DNA of 63,829 nucleotides, the filler included, from Platydemus manokwari (taxonomy: Eukaryota): NCBI GenBank assembly GCA_037951405.1. It is 6 parts of 6 records of this genome, joined end to end, with 100 filler letters (N's around TTAATTAATTAA, not from the genome) between each part and the next. Parts side by side here need not be neighbours in the genome. Positions count along the whole stretch, not along the records: positions 1 to 11,032 come from JBBMOY010959973.1; positions 11,133 to 20,549 come from JBBMOY011252207.1; 4 more parts are not named here. One strand, given 5' to 3'. The stretch's first letter is position 1. Every line of letters starts with the position of its first letter. The translations under genes were made by a program, and so were the position numbers. The notes beneath the pieces are model-generated. The model made no database searches. It was not told the DNA's origin and saw nothing but the letters and a program-made list of their open reading frames with translations. Of this stretch, positions 1 to 12,166 are shown one piece after another.

Positions 1-18
1 AAAAATAAATACATAAGC

Positions 19-118
19 ATAATAATAACAATAATAATAATGATAATAGTAATAATTATAATAATAATAATAATAATAATGATAATAATAATAATAATAA
101 TGATAATAATAATATTAT
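19..118. repeat. (AAT)n degenerate microsatellite
   Basis: Run of aat/aac/gat triplets at the contig start. Confidence 0.9.
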
Positions 119-120
119 AA

Positions 121-830
121 ACAAAAAAATGTTTTATGTGCTTATAAATGGATTTATTAAATCCATTTTATAATTGATTGACTCTCAGTAGCTGGCATCT
201 GGTGAATCTAAAATGTCATGTTTTTAAATTTTATTCTCTCTCATTGCGACATCTCAAATCGATAACTGAAAATGTTTGAATCTATTTTTTTGATAATGAT
301 AAAAATCGATTTATTTACCGCCGAAATGTTCAATGATCTGTGATGGAGGTACATTTGATCAGAAAGGATAGCGGATATGATGATATTTTAATGATAACAT
401 GTTCCCAATGGTGCCTAATTTACAACTAAATTATAATATTAATCAAAAAAATTAAAAACAAACTATGTTTTACGTGGTTATTAATGGATTTATTAATGTT
501 ATAATCAACTGACATTCCACAGGTTGTCATTGAAGAGATGTCAATAAAATGTCATAAATCATCTTTGATCTTTCAATATATTATTATTTTGAAATTTTTA
601 TCAGTGGCGGACATCTCGTGTATTTAAATTGCCATTTTTTAAAAATTTATTTCTCTTTTTTGTGACATCTCAAATCGATAACAGAAAGTGTTTGAATCTA
701 TTTTTTAGATAATGATTAAAATCGATTAATTTAGCACTGAAATGTTCAATGATTTGTGATGGGGTTACATTTGATAACTGATTAAAAAAAAATAAATGTT
801 TCATGTGATTATAAATGGATTTAATCCGTT
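121..830. repeat. Local compound tandem duplication
   Basis: A ~140-bp block (…gacatctcaaatcgataac…gaaatgttcaatgat…acatttgat) occurs at ~217-359 and ~633-774. The motif atgttt(t/c)a(t/c)gtg…aatggattta occurs at ~129, ~465 and ~796. Confidence 0.85.
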
Positions 831-2030
831 TTTAAAATTCATAGAATAACTTTTTCAATTTGCTAGAAGACATAAATCCATTTGATGAATTAATTTCCCT
901 TTAGATTAAAAATTAACTTTAGAGAAGTAGATTGTGAGTAAAGAGTCGGATTACTGTTATCAACTTTTATGACATTGATAATCTTTATTACTCAAAACTA
1001 TATATTTCATTGAATTATTGTTTATAAAGTCACTATCTGAGCTAATAAATCAATAAAACATAATCGTTTCTGTTTAATGAATTTAATGGCGCAATGTATT
1101 CGATATCTCTTTGAATCTGTCAAAAACTTAAACAGATACTTTTACATTATAAAATTTTGTAATTCTATCAATCAGTTCATTTTCTTTAAACAAAATCTTA
1201 TTGATTTTAAATATATTAGTTACAATTTTTTTCAAGATTAAAAGATGAGGTAGAAATATAAATATCGAGATCGATAGTTTGAATTTGTTTTGGCAAATGC
1301 ATTGAAACCACTTTTAAAATAAGCGTATTTGATACCAAATCAACTAGAAGCCATTGTTATCATTTTATTCACAAACAAATATATAGGCGATGATTTGTTT
1401 TTTGTGTTTAGTAAACATGATCATTTGCGCAAATGTTACAGTTTTTTCATCACTGTTATAATATCATTACCATATTAAATATTTATTTTATTAATTATAT
1501 TGTCCGAGAATCTTTGGCTTTCAGAAATGAGTGCATTTAAAGGGTTTTTAGTGGAAATAGCAAAATAATGTCAACATGTTTTCGAATCTAGATTAACAAA
1601 AACGACACAGAAAACTTGAAAAATGTAAAAAATTATTATTGTTCTGAGACAAACAAAATCGATATTGCGAATAAAATCATATAATTTACTATATCAGCTT
1701 TTGGATTAAATTGTAATTTGATGTTTAATTTAGTCCAAGATTTGTTTTCAGAAAACCCTTCTCTAGCAATAAATTTTTTTATATCTTTTTATTATATGTT
1801 TTTATTTCGATATTTTTTATATTTATAATTTCTATACACCTTACTAGACTAACAGTATTTAAAATGAATTGCGTCATAGGTTAATAATAAATTTCTTTCT
1901 GATACAATTCGAAAATGATAGACTTGGCACACTTTCACCAGTTGTATCCAGACTAGATAATCAAATGCTTTTCTGATAATCGATCCTACAACAATTGATT
2001 CTGTTTTTGATTCTTGTATTTTGTTTGTAG

Positions 2031-3805
2031 CTTCAATTCAACCAGATTTCGGTAAATCGATTATATTTTCCAAAATTACTCCAATCGAACCCGTTTCCAT
2101 CGTTACCGATGATGAATCTAATTCAACCAATACAGGTTTCGGTACAAATACGTTGCAAACTTCACATTATTCATGCTCGGAAAGCGAAGATATTGAAACC
2201 AATTCATTATCACTCGACATAACCAATGAAAATATTAATGACGACTCGTTAAATCTACAAATCGATTCTGATGCCAATAAAAGTTGTCATAATGTTTCAT
2301 CATCATTTTCACGTTTGTTTTCTGTTAATCACACTGATGAAAATGATTGTGATGATGATGGAAATAGATTAAACGAAACCGATTCACAAAATTCACATCA
2401 AACAGATACAAATCAAATCGCAAATAAATCCCAAGGAAAATCAAATATTTTAGAGACTCTAGCAGCAGATCTGAACAATGTTCCGAGATTCACCAGATTA
2501 TCTTACGATGATTCTGATTCGGAAGCTGAATTAAAAATCTGCGAACAAATTCATTCAACAGTTGCCCATGATGGCAATGATTTTCATTCGACATGTTCAG
2601 AATCTGTTGGAAATATTTTATCAGCTAATGATATTCGCAGCTATCACCATGGTAACTCGGAAAAATCACATCCACAATCTAGTGATTCCTTGACACCATT
2701 AAATAAATTGGAGATTGATTTTACTCGAACAGTGGGCACTCCAACTCCATATACACCAGCATCCGTAACCATGACAACCGATCCTGCAATCCGAGACAAC
2801 GATGTTATCAAAGAAGCGCCACATTCTTTTCATAGTAAAACTTCAAACACCGTTGATATGGCTTCTAATATGAGCACAACTGGAAATATTTCTCCACCGG
2901 CCAAGCATTTGGGATCGCCTTATAATTCTCCTTCATATGATAATTCTAAAATTGATGTCCATCAAACGACAAGAAGAAAAAGAAATTATCTTCCAACAGA
3001 TAAAGAAAATATCGCTTCAAAACAAAATAAGAATTTTTGTCCTGGAATAAAGAATTCACCAGCACCAGTAATAGATTCAGACTCGAGTATGGAAGGAAAT
3101 CTATTGATAAATCTGCCAGATTTGCATCACGTCTCTACGCCAATGTTGACATCAGTATCAGATGTGGATAAATATCGATCTAATGATTCATCAATCAATA
3201 AATCAGATAATCAGAAATTTATCACTGAAAATAATCGATCTGAATCAACAGCCAATGAAAACAATTTCAGACATTTATCGGAACCAATCATCGAAACGGA
3301 TGATATGAGAAAGGATATCGATTCATTTGATAATGATGGCGATTGGTTTTCAGATGGTGTTGACATTCTTACGATTCCATCGATATTAAATGCCGAATTT
3401 GATGATGAGGAAAATGACGACCATCTTGCTACTGAAGGAGTGAATATCAATACAAATGATAATCAATATTCATTACCATCGATCTCATCATCTGTTAATG
3501 TCATGAAAGTCGATGTAGAAATCAACCAATCACATCATAATAATATTGATTTATTCCAGAATCAATCAATAAATTCCGTCACCAACCATAATGTCGTTCC
3601 AGATTCGACTTGCTCTACCTCAGATTTATCATTATCGAATTGCTCAACTATTTGGTCACTCGTTCCTTTGATTTTACCATCGAGGACATCATATCACGAA
3701 ATGAAAATCAATTGTTACAATTTCCCCTATAAATTCGATGATCCTCGCCTGTACAATCACCCCCAGGCTCTCAAACCAAATTGGCAAGATTGGCTTCTTT
3801 CTTGA
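2031..3805 (+). CDS. Large terminal exon of an uncharacterised S/D/N-rich, probably disordered protein
   Basis: 594-codon stop-free ORF in very AT-rich DNA. The ORF start is TTG inside a T-rich acceptor (ttgtttgtag|ct, AG ends 2030). A possible phase-compatible first exon is ATGAATTGCGTCATAG|gt at 1864-1879. No family recognised. Confidence 0.7.
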
Positions 3806-4329
3806 TTTGAATCATCTTGACCTAATTTATTTGATAATTTTTAAATATATTTGTATTGATTTGTGATTTTTCTTTTGATGTTCTCCGCTATAATTCCAAA
3901 TCATTCAATGGATTGGGTGACATAACCTCAAATTGGAAAATATTATTCAAAATATGAAATTATTGTTTTAAATGAATGGAATATAAAAAGCGGAATTTTA
4001 AATAATAAATCATTGATTTTTTGGCTAAAGGTCAAAAAGAGTCGTAAAATCAGATTTTATATTTGTGGAATATATTGCAAAAATCTATATCGTTTATATT
4101 CTATAGTATTTGGAAAACCCGGTCAAAGTAGTTCAAAATGCATTTTATTGAAAATTATTGAGCAATCACTTTTTTGACATTAGAAGCAAGTGGAATGACA
4201 TCCAAGATTTTTCGAGTTATTTTATTTTAACATACTGTAATCAAATGAAGATTTGATCCAAATCAAATAAATCGTATAAGTGAAGATGCCACAAATAAAT
4301 AAGAAGTCATGGAATTCGAATAAGGAATT

Positions 4330-4620
4330 GGTTCAACAATTCGGCCTTGTCCCTTTTCAACATTCTGAATAAGGTATGTTTTGAGCACGCGGCTCACACA
4401 CAAAAATTATATGAGTAAGCTAACAGTCAACAAATGGACACAATTTTAATTAAAACAAAACTAAGAATTTAAAATTATTTACTTAAGTACAAAATTTGAA
4501 GATTCCTCGCCAATGAATAAATATCTTGGCATAGATATATAATTGCAGGCCTAAATATCGTCGTAGAAATTGACGAGGCATCTTTTGGAAGTGCCAAATA
4601 TAGTATTTGGGCATCGAAGA
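4330..4620 (+). mobile_element. Decayed Merlin/IS1595(ISXO2)-family DDE transposase fragment
   Basis: 4542-4604 translates IAGLNIVVEIDEASFGSAKY, matching the family motif IGG.G..VEIDES.FG.RKY. Upstream MSKLTVNKWTQF resembles the S..TV..W..F motif. The frames are broken. Confidence 0.7.
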
Positions 4621-4756
4621 CATGGTTTTTGATTGTTAGAGTTGTTTTTTGGTTTTTAATCTAAAATTGAAAATTATTTAAAAATTTCATTAAAATATTA
4701 TTACAAATAATTTTTAACATCGAATAACTCACGAAAAGTCATTACATTAAAATTGT

Positions 4757-5430
4757 GTCAAAGGACCCTTTTTCTTAACTTAAGCCATTTTTGTGATAAG
4801 CCATCACTCTCTTTGCTATTTTTATAAATTGAAAAATTGTGACCATTTTGATTTCATAAAAAAAGGAATTAATTGATCGAATAAATAATAAACATTTTGC
4901 ATTTTTTTATTTAAGTATTTAAGAATAATTTTTAGTTGTTTGAAATCAAATAATAAATGCACTCAACCTTCCAAATCTCCTGAAATTTGAATATTTGAAA
5001 AAGGGATCAAAGTAGGCCGAATTGCAATTTATTGAAAATTAGCGAGGACCCCTTTTATAATATTAGAAGCAAATTGAGAGATATTCTCAATTTTTACAAT
5101 TATTTTATAAAAATAACCAATGATATTATTAAACATATCCGTAATTAACTAACTCGATTTATAGTTATAAAAATTTTAATCTAAAAACTCAAATAATCAT
5201 ATAGAGGTGTCATAACAATGGGAAGTTAATTTTAAAACTGTATTTTATCCATATTAGACATCCTAAAAAGTGAGACATTAACTGGATTATACGAATAGGT
5301 CAAACATAGCAGTTATAAATAAAATGAAGTTATAAAATTATCTCATGCACGAAAATTCATTATTACGAAAGTAGGTCAAAGGACCCTTTTTCTTAACTTA
5401 AGCCATTTTTTATGATGCGCCATCACTCTC
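4757..5430. repeat. ~55-bp direct repeat pair (4757-4811 and 5375-5430) next to the Merlin relic
   Basis: gtcaaaggaccctttttcttaacttaagccattttt..tgat..gccatcactctc is present twice. Confidence 0.85.
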
Positions 5431-6220
5431 ATTGGGTCGAAATTATACGAAATCGATAAGCATTCCTACCCATTTATACAAATTGCAAGTTTTATTTTAT
5501 CCATGGATACAAGTCCTGAACACTATTCCTTAATATTTAAACGACTTTTTATTTTAAAATGTTTCCAAAATGTGTAAATGTAAAAATGCAAATGTAAAAA
5601 TTACGAAAATGTAGCTGATTAAAAATCGATATTATTATAATTTTTTATTATTAATAATAATTTTTTCTCTTAACTGAAGCAGAATTTATACAAAATATTT
5701 CAATTATATTTATCTTTTTGGTTAGTGAATTTTTAAATTTCATTTAAGATTTCCTTGTTGATAATAATCTAAATGATATTAATAGGATAATATAACCATT
5801 ATAATTCACAGAACACTCTCATGTTAACAGGAACAATACGAATCACCATCCGAATCATCATTACCCACCATTAAAAGCGGCTTATTTGAACTGTGAAGCA
5901 ACAGGCTTGTTGACAGCATAAGATTTATAATATTTGACAGAAGTGACATATTCTTTGATATTGACATTGAAAATGAAATTGTCAAGAAAATTGTAAATTA
6001 CTTCGAAATCCAACTTTTCGAGAAACAGGATTTCTTAAGTTAGTTTCAAATCTTAAATAGACTCTTTGAACATGTCCATGATGATATACGTGATTAATAC
6101 ATATTTATTTAAGAAATTTTATTAATTTTAATTTTAATAATTTATGGATGTCCTATCAACAATTAAACCGACATATCAAACTGAAACAAAATTTAGATTA
6201 TCGCAAATTCAATACCGTAA

Positions 6221-6761
6221 TGTTGGGTAGGTCACAAAATCAGCCAAAGTGTTCACAGGAACCACGAAAATAACCTTTAAAGGATTGACACGCACAGATC
6301 CTATAAACGCACTTACAATAAGATTCCTTTTAATATTAATCCATATTTAGAAGTTAATAATCGACTGGAGTATGCCAAAAAAATTGCAACAAACACAGAT
6401 ATCTGTCAATGTCACAAGAGATGTATGGAAAATTACTATGTCCAATATATGTACCAACAAATTCAACAAATGAAAAACGAAGCTCCGAGACATCAAACGG
6501 ATCCGCACAATAGGTCTATAAAAGAGACTGGATTTCATGAGCCAGTCTTGTCTGGTCGGTAATCTGTATTCTGTTCTTGGCTTTTGTGATTTTCAGAAAC
6601 CAGTGTTTTTGGTTGTTTTCTATTCTCTGCTTGATCCCGTCTGTGTGATAATTTGTTATTGAATTGTAACACGATTTTAACTGTATCTTTTCATAATCGA
6701 GTTTGTGTTATTGTAGTTTAAATTATAATTTTCAAGTTTCAATGTCAGTTCATACCTAGCA
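6221..6761 (+). mobile_element. Solo LTR, family A
   Basis: Starts TGTTGGG and ends cctagCA. Aligns along its length with 55074-55617 (shared taatattaatccatatttagaagttaa, aataggtctataaaagag, gccagtcttgt). Confidence 0.75.
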
Positions 6762-7078
6762 ATATTATGAATGCCAATGAAAAATGGCACCAACAGAACC
6801 ATTTTGATTTAAAAAATTGAATTTTAAATAATTTTTTAAAAATATTAATATTATTATCAATCAATTAATCGAAGCTTTTTAGACATTTAATTTTAAAAAT
6901 AAATTAATATTTAACAAATCTTTCAATTTAACTTCAAATTATTGTTAAATATTAAAAATTCCAAATTTTCTTTTTCGTTTTCTTTTTAATTTTACAAAAA
7001 TAAAATTTTCAATTGAATTCATTTACATAAAACAGTAAAATATTTTCTAAATGTGATTTTTGAGTCCGAAAAAAATGA

Positions 7079-9202
7079 TCAATCTGATCTTCTGTGTTCC
7101 AACGAATGAATATAGCTTTTGACCATCAAAACATTTCTATCAACAATTACTTTGCGAAGATATCTTGGACGGGAATTTATCAAAAAATAAATCAACAATC
7201 CTATTAATAAAAATAAATGCTCAATAACTACCAACCACCCAATAACGATGTGTCCCGATTCAGATTGGTATGTGTGTTTGATCAATTCTATCTCTCTATT
7301 TTTCTTATTTTGTCGAACAATTACTTTTTTAAATAAATGCGGTACCCAATCCATCATTTGGTCTGATGTTATTCCAAATATGAAAGTATTGGTCATCACT
7401 GATAGCCATGTTAATGACGATATTATAAACAACCACGGTTCTATAGTATTATACTTATTAGCTTGGGGTCTTTGATAAAGAAAAAGTAATTTCATACAAT
7501 CGGTTTTCAAATCTATTAGATTAGATATCAAAGCAATCATACCCGGAATTAATGAGACGTTTGCAAATAGTGATATGTATCCGAATTCAATAACCATCTC
7601 AAGAAAATCATCAAACGAATCATATGTTTGCATATACGATTCAGGCGTAGTGACTGAATTCCAAAATTCCAATATCGATCTTCTTGATTTGCTTTTCGAG
7701 CTACTGAGAAAAAGATTGGTTTTATATTTAGCTTTAAGAAAAACCCAGGGTATAATACATTTCAAAATCAGTCGTCGTACGGAATCGGAAATGAATAGAC
7801 TGTGTAAGATCAATCTCGTTTTCATTAAATCACACTCATAAAAAGCAAAATAAATTAATCCAGAATACGAATCAAAAGAATCGAAAACAAATCTTTTCAA
7901 AATCAGATGGTAAACATAGTCAAAATCCGTTTTATAATTCTCCCATTCTGTGAGTTTGAAGGCGATCTTTTTGAAGATAACTGTATTGACGATATATATC
8001 ATAGTGGTGTGCATCAAAATTGGAACCCAAAATAAAGGTCCATTCGCATCAAAAATAGCCCGTTTCTTTGAATATTTATTTAGTGATTTAATGAAGAAAA
8101 TATTCTTATTTCCCAAATATGTTTCTTTGCTAATAATTCCTCTGAGATTAAATGAACAAATAATTAAAAAGAAAATAAACAGAGCAATTATAGAAACCAA
8201 AACTAGACTGATAGAATTTCGGATAATTCTTAAATATTTTGGAAAATAAACTTCATATTCTTTTGACACTTCGTTAAATATCAATTTACCATTGAATTTT
8301 GGTCTGATGTTGTAATTATTAAATCTACTGATCGTATTCCATTGGTGTGACAAATAAGACTGGCGACGAGTCCAAAATTTCGTGAACAAAAACCCCCAAA
8401 TTACTACTGCTACACCATAAAATGGAATAAATTTATTTTTATTCACATCACTAATATACTTGTTGAAAATCGACAATAAGAAAATGAAAATTCCTAAACC
8501 CGCTGGAAATAAAAGCCATAACCAATAAAATGACATCCATTCAAAATAAAAGGCAACTTCTTCACCAAAATAAAAACACACATCATCGCCTCGTGGAAAC
8601 AATAAATAGGATCTTGTTTGCAACCAGATGTGAGAAACTGTATCTTGGTTATGTAAAGGGTGTATAGAACTGATAACACCTTTGCGGATTAAATAAGGAA
8701 TGATATTCTCCCTTTTTCTGGAGAATGGACAGAAAAATGCAATGTCACCCTTAATTGGTATTCTATTCAGATGAGAATTCATCAAGAATAATATTTCACT
8801 CTCACTAAATATATTATCCAGTTTCTCGTGCTTGAAATCTTCAGCATATTCTTTATCGAATTCATCAACAAGTTTAATCAAAAATATTTCAGAAGATTTG
8901 GTTTTGTAGTTGTATTTCTTTAAATTCAATCTCTCAGCTTCATAATAGATATACTTTTTTTTAATGCAAAGAAAATATTCATCGTTAGAAATGTTAGTTC
9001 CCACCATAATGATACCATTCATTAACATATGATTGACAAATATGGAAAAATATATGCTACTAAATTGTCCTTTTAAAACCAATTGATGACTAGAAAACAT
9101 TTGTGATCGTAATATAATATTAGCTTTAAAAACGAAATCATACTTTTCAATGATATCATCAGAAAATTCGTTATTTAATCCAAATAAGCGAGTTGTACTC
9201 AT
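7079..9202 (-). CDS. Anoctamin/TMEM16 family protein (ANO8/ANO10-like branch), intronless, ~707 aa
   Basis: Hallmark motifs HPLH, YFGEEVAFYFEWMSFY, KLTEWENYKT, DDFLEMVIEFGYISLFA, KLLFLYQRP, IEHL, plus multiple TM segments. First ATG at 9202. Confidence 0.93.
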   Translation of the reverse strand: MSTTRLFGLNNEFSDDIIEKYDFVFKANIILRSQMFSSHQLVLKGQFSSIYFSIFVNHMLMNGIIMVGTNISNDEYFLCIKKKYIYYEAERLNLKKYNYKTKSSEIFLIKLVDEFDKEYAEDFKHEKLDNIFSESEILFLMNSHLNRIPIKGDIAFFCPFSRKRENIIPYLIRKGVISSIHPLHNQDTVSHIWLQTRSYLLFPRGDDVCFYFGEEVAFYFEWMSFYWLWLLFPAGLGIFIFLLSIFNKYISDVNKNKFIPFYGVAVVIWGFLFTKFWTRRQSYLSHQWNTISRFNNYNIRPKFNGKLIFNEVSKEYEVYFPKYLRIIRNSISLVLVSIIALFIFFLIICSFNLRGIISKETYLGNKNIFFIKSLNKYSKKRAIFDANGPLFWVPILMHTTMIYIVNTVIFKKIAFKLTEWENYKTDFDYVYHLILKRFVFDSFDSYSGLIYFAFYECDLMKTRLILHSLFISDSVRRLILKCIIPWVFLKAKYKTNLFLSSSKSKSRRSILEFWNSVTTPESYMQTYDSFDDFLEMVIEFGYISLFANVSLIPGMIALISNLIDLKTDCMKLLFLYQRPQANKYNTIEPWLFIISSLTWLSVMTNTFIFGITSDQMMDWVPHLFKKVIVRQNKKNREIELIKHTYQSESGHIVIGWLVVIEHLFLLIGLLIYFLINSRPRYLRKVIVDRNVLMVKSYIHSLEHRRSD

Positions 9203-9822
9203 TTTAATTTTAGTTAATACAATAAAAATCAATACAATTGCATATTTACAAAAAGTAAATTATATTATTGTTAGATTGTTGTTACGACTTATTATTTATT
9301 GATTACGGTTACTGTTATTGGCTTTCGTTTCTATAATAATATGGAGACAATCTATGATTTATTGTATGATTCATATTATATTTCCGCTGCGTCTGAATTT
9401 TGAATGCATTGTTATTGGCTTACGTAGTTCGTTTAAATATTCGTTTACATATGGTGCACACATAGCAACGGTAAAAATGATTATGTTTTTAAAATTAAAT
9501 TTAGTTTGAGTTCCTTTATTTTGGTGATACCCTAAATTAACGATAATCAATGAAAATGAGTTTAAGAGTCGACGTTTATCAAATGTCAAAACACAAAAAT
9601 ATTGCTGTTACCGATTCTGCCAACTACCATAATAAGTGTTCAGAGTATTAAGAAAATGGAGATGGAAATTCTGTCACAAAATCAGCTTCTGTCATGCTCT
9701 TTTTATGACCGCTCAAGTCATTTTTTATTGCGATTTTTAATTTGAGTTGGTTTCACTGACAATTCTATCTTAAATTTCCTAATGGTTAATGGATTAAACA
9801 ATTATTTGGATAGAAACTATAT

Positions 9823-10290
9823 TGTTGAGTAAAGACGAAATCTAGCAAAAGAAAAACGATTTTCGATCCTGGAACCCTTAATTTAGAACTTTAAGCATGC
9901 CCATGCCTACACAATCGTACAGGTATATCAATCAACTAATCACAGCTGAATTAGACGGAAAATGATAATTCGCAAAAGGCTTATAGCCACAGAGTAACAC
10001 ACACAGCGATTAACCAACCCCGAGTACACAAAATCAATAAATCCAATTAGAACTTGAGAAATAAAAGATCTAATTAAAATGTGATACATTGCACGCAAAT
10101 ACCCATTTAAGAGATCCAGTTGTCTGTTGGAAGCCAAGTTTTTTCTTTTTAATTTATATCACTAGAGCTAACTGGAAGCTTATTAGTATTGCGAGTATTT
10201 GCTTTTTATTGTGTACCAGATCCGTTCTGAGCAGCACGGTGTTGTAGAAATAAATATTGTGCAAACCTTTGATTCTTCTGGAACCCAACA
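9823..10290. mobile_element. Solo LTR, family B, with 4-bp TSD (ATAT)
   Basis: TGTTG…CAACA termini flanked by atat on both sides. Homologous to 55962-56372 (ttaagcat..cat.cctacacaat; aatcaataaat.caattagaac.tgagaaat.aaagatc.aattaaaa). Confidence 0.78.
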
Positions 10291-11032
10291 ATATTATTTA
10301 GGATTATATCTCTGTCTCTATCTATGTCATAAATAATTTGCAGCAAAACTTAGTCCTAATGTGTACAACAATTATTAACATCGATTTATTATATGACAAA
10401 ATAAAATATTAAAAAACCACAATTATAAAACATTGTAAACAAACATTACTGTATACAAAAAAGAAAATAATTATCAATGCATTATCAATTAATTTATCAT
10501 TTAATTGCAGTACTTCAGTGATTGATGCTATTGTTTCCTTCTTGAGCTGTCTAAAATTTTCAGATTTTTTTGTTTTGATTATGCTCTACTACATACCAGT
10601 ATATTTCTTCAAATCCATCGAAATTGTCAGTAATTCCTTTCCTGGCAACTACTTTACATATTACACGATAGTAAATATTCACAATTTATCCATCCAATTT
10701 ATCTCTTTTGTAGACCAGGAAAACTTATGGTCTTCGTTAATGTTTGCCCCATTATTAGTGCTCCCTCTGAACTAGAGCACTTTATCTATTCATAGTTCTG
10801 TGATTTTCAATTTATATTTACTATTGCGACCTATGTCTTCATACAGATTTTTCTCCTAGTTAACTACTTTCAATAAAATATCCATTTATTTCCTCATCTA
10901 AAAAGGTTTTTGAACTAAATATTAGGTGTATTAGTATGATTCCGGCTTTTTTTTTAAAAAACAAAAACATTTTTTTAAATATTTATTTAATGAAATTCAA
11001 TCAAAATATTTTCCATTTGCAGATATGACATT

Positions 11033-11132
11033 NNNNNNNNNNNNNNNNNNNNNNNNNNNNNNNNNNNNNNNNNNNNTTAATTAATTAANNNNNNNNNNNN
11101 NNNNNNNNNNNNNNNNNNNNNNNNNNNNNNNN
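11033..11132. other. Artificial contig linker N44-TTAATTAATTAA-N44
   Basis: Identical 100-bp spacer with stops in all six frames, recurring five times in the window. Confidence 0.98.
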
Positions 11133-12018
11133 AAAAATACATCACTTTATTATCTTTCTGACCTGATTAATATCTTTGATAACTTATCCATTTATTTCGA
11201 AATTTTCAATCAGTTTATTTTCGGATTTTTTGATAAGTTTTTCTTATCGAAATGGAAAATTTTATGTTTAATAGAATCTTAATCATATTCACATTATATT
11301 ACTCATCAAGGAACATTGATCGAGGTCAACATCATAAACCATAGCTTCGAAGGTATTTACATCGTGTTAATGTTGTTAGTTTGCTATTACATATTCCTTT
11401 TCGAATTCTTCAAAAATATATTTATTCAAATGAGGATATAAATACGGTGTGGGTATATTCGTTACATTTGCTAATCTAGTATAGAAAATGAATCAATGAA
11501 AGTATAGGAAAATGTGTACAGTTTATTGTAAAACTATCAGGGTGAATGTATTATTCTCATCAGCGTCGATTAAAAAAAATTTAGAAAAAATTAATTAAAA
11601 ATGAAATAAAATTATTCTGGAAATAAAACTGGAAAAATGCACTTAAAAATGAATAAATGACATTTAAATCAAAATGCATCGGAGAATTGATGACTGCACA
11701 CACCTTGTGCTGATGTCACACACATGAGCTAGGTTGTCAGAGACCTAATGTATTTAACCTGATGTATTTAATCATTATTAGCAAATATTTCAAAATATAT
11801 TTTCATTTAATCTGCATTTTTTATAATTAATATATCATATTCATTTTACAAGACTAATATGTGTGTTTATTGACCCAATATGACATATTATTGACCAACT
11901 GTTTATATTTGATATATTAATAAACAATAATCAAATGCTGTGATGAAATTTTAAATCATGTCATTTGCCATTTTTTCAAACACGTCAATTTATATTAAAA
12001 AATGTATTTTTATTTCAG

Positions 12019-12166
12019 CTTGGTATTTTCTACACCATTAGGATGTGCTATTTTTCCACAACAAAAGACAATAGCTTTCGATCGATTAGAAGAAAGCACT
12101 CAGAATGAAGTCAAATTGAAACTAGGTTATGAACCACCAGTAGTTTATTATAACAAGGGATTATAA
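12019..12166 (+). CDS. SFXN: Sideroflexin, last coding exon (upstream exons not found in this contig)
   Basis: After the acceptor ttttatttcag it reads LVFSTPLGCAIFPQQKTIAFDRLEESTQNEVKLKLGYEPPVVYYNKGL*. This matches the conserved sideroflexin C-terminus LVFATPLCCALFPQ…VYFNKGL. Not in the ORF track. Confidence 0.92.

Noticed and set aside
121-830. Repeat array considered as CRISPR-like
   Set aside because: Units are long, irregular and degenerate, with no unique equal-length spacers and no cas genes; the context is eukaryotic.
6347-6538. Similar small ORFs at 6347-6538 and 55214-55498 (LFYRPI…MSR.F.FHLLN)
   Set aside because: The similarity comes from both lying in copies of the same LTR. ORF boundaries are not conserved.
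7248-8679. Short ORFs overlapping the anoctamin; likewise those overlapping SCAI, the FAS1 gene and the GPCR
   Set aside because: Antisense or alternate-frame shadows of real CDSs, with no motifs of their own.
11520-11570. Minus-strand gctgatgag hammerhead-like start
   Set aside because: No GAAA core follows the potential stem.
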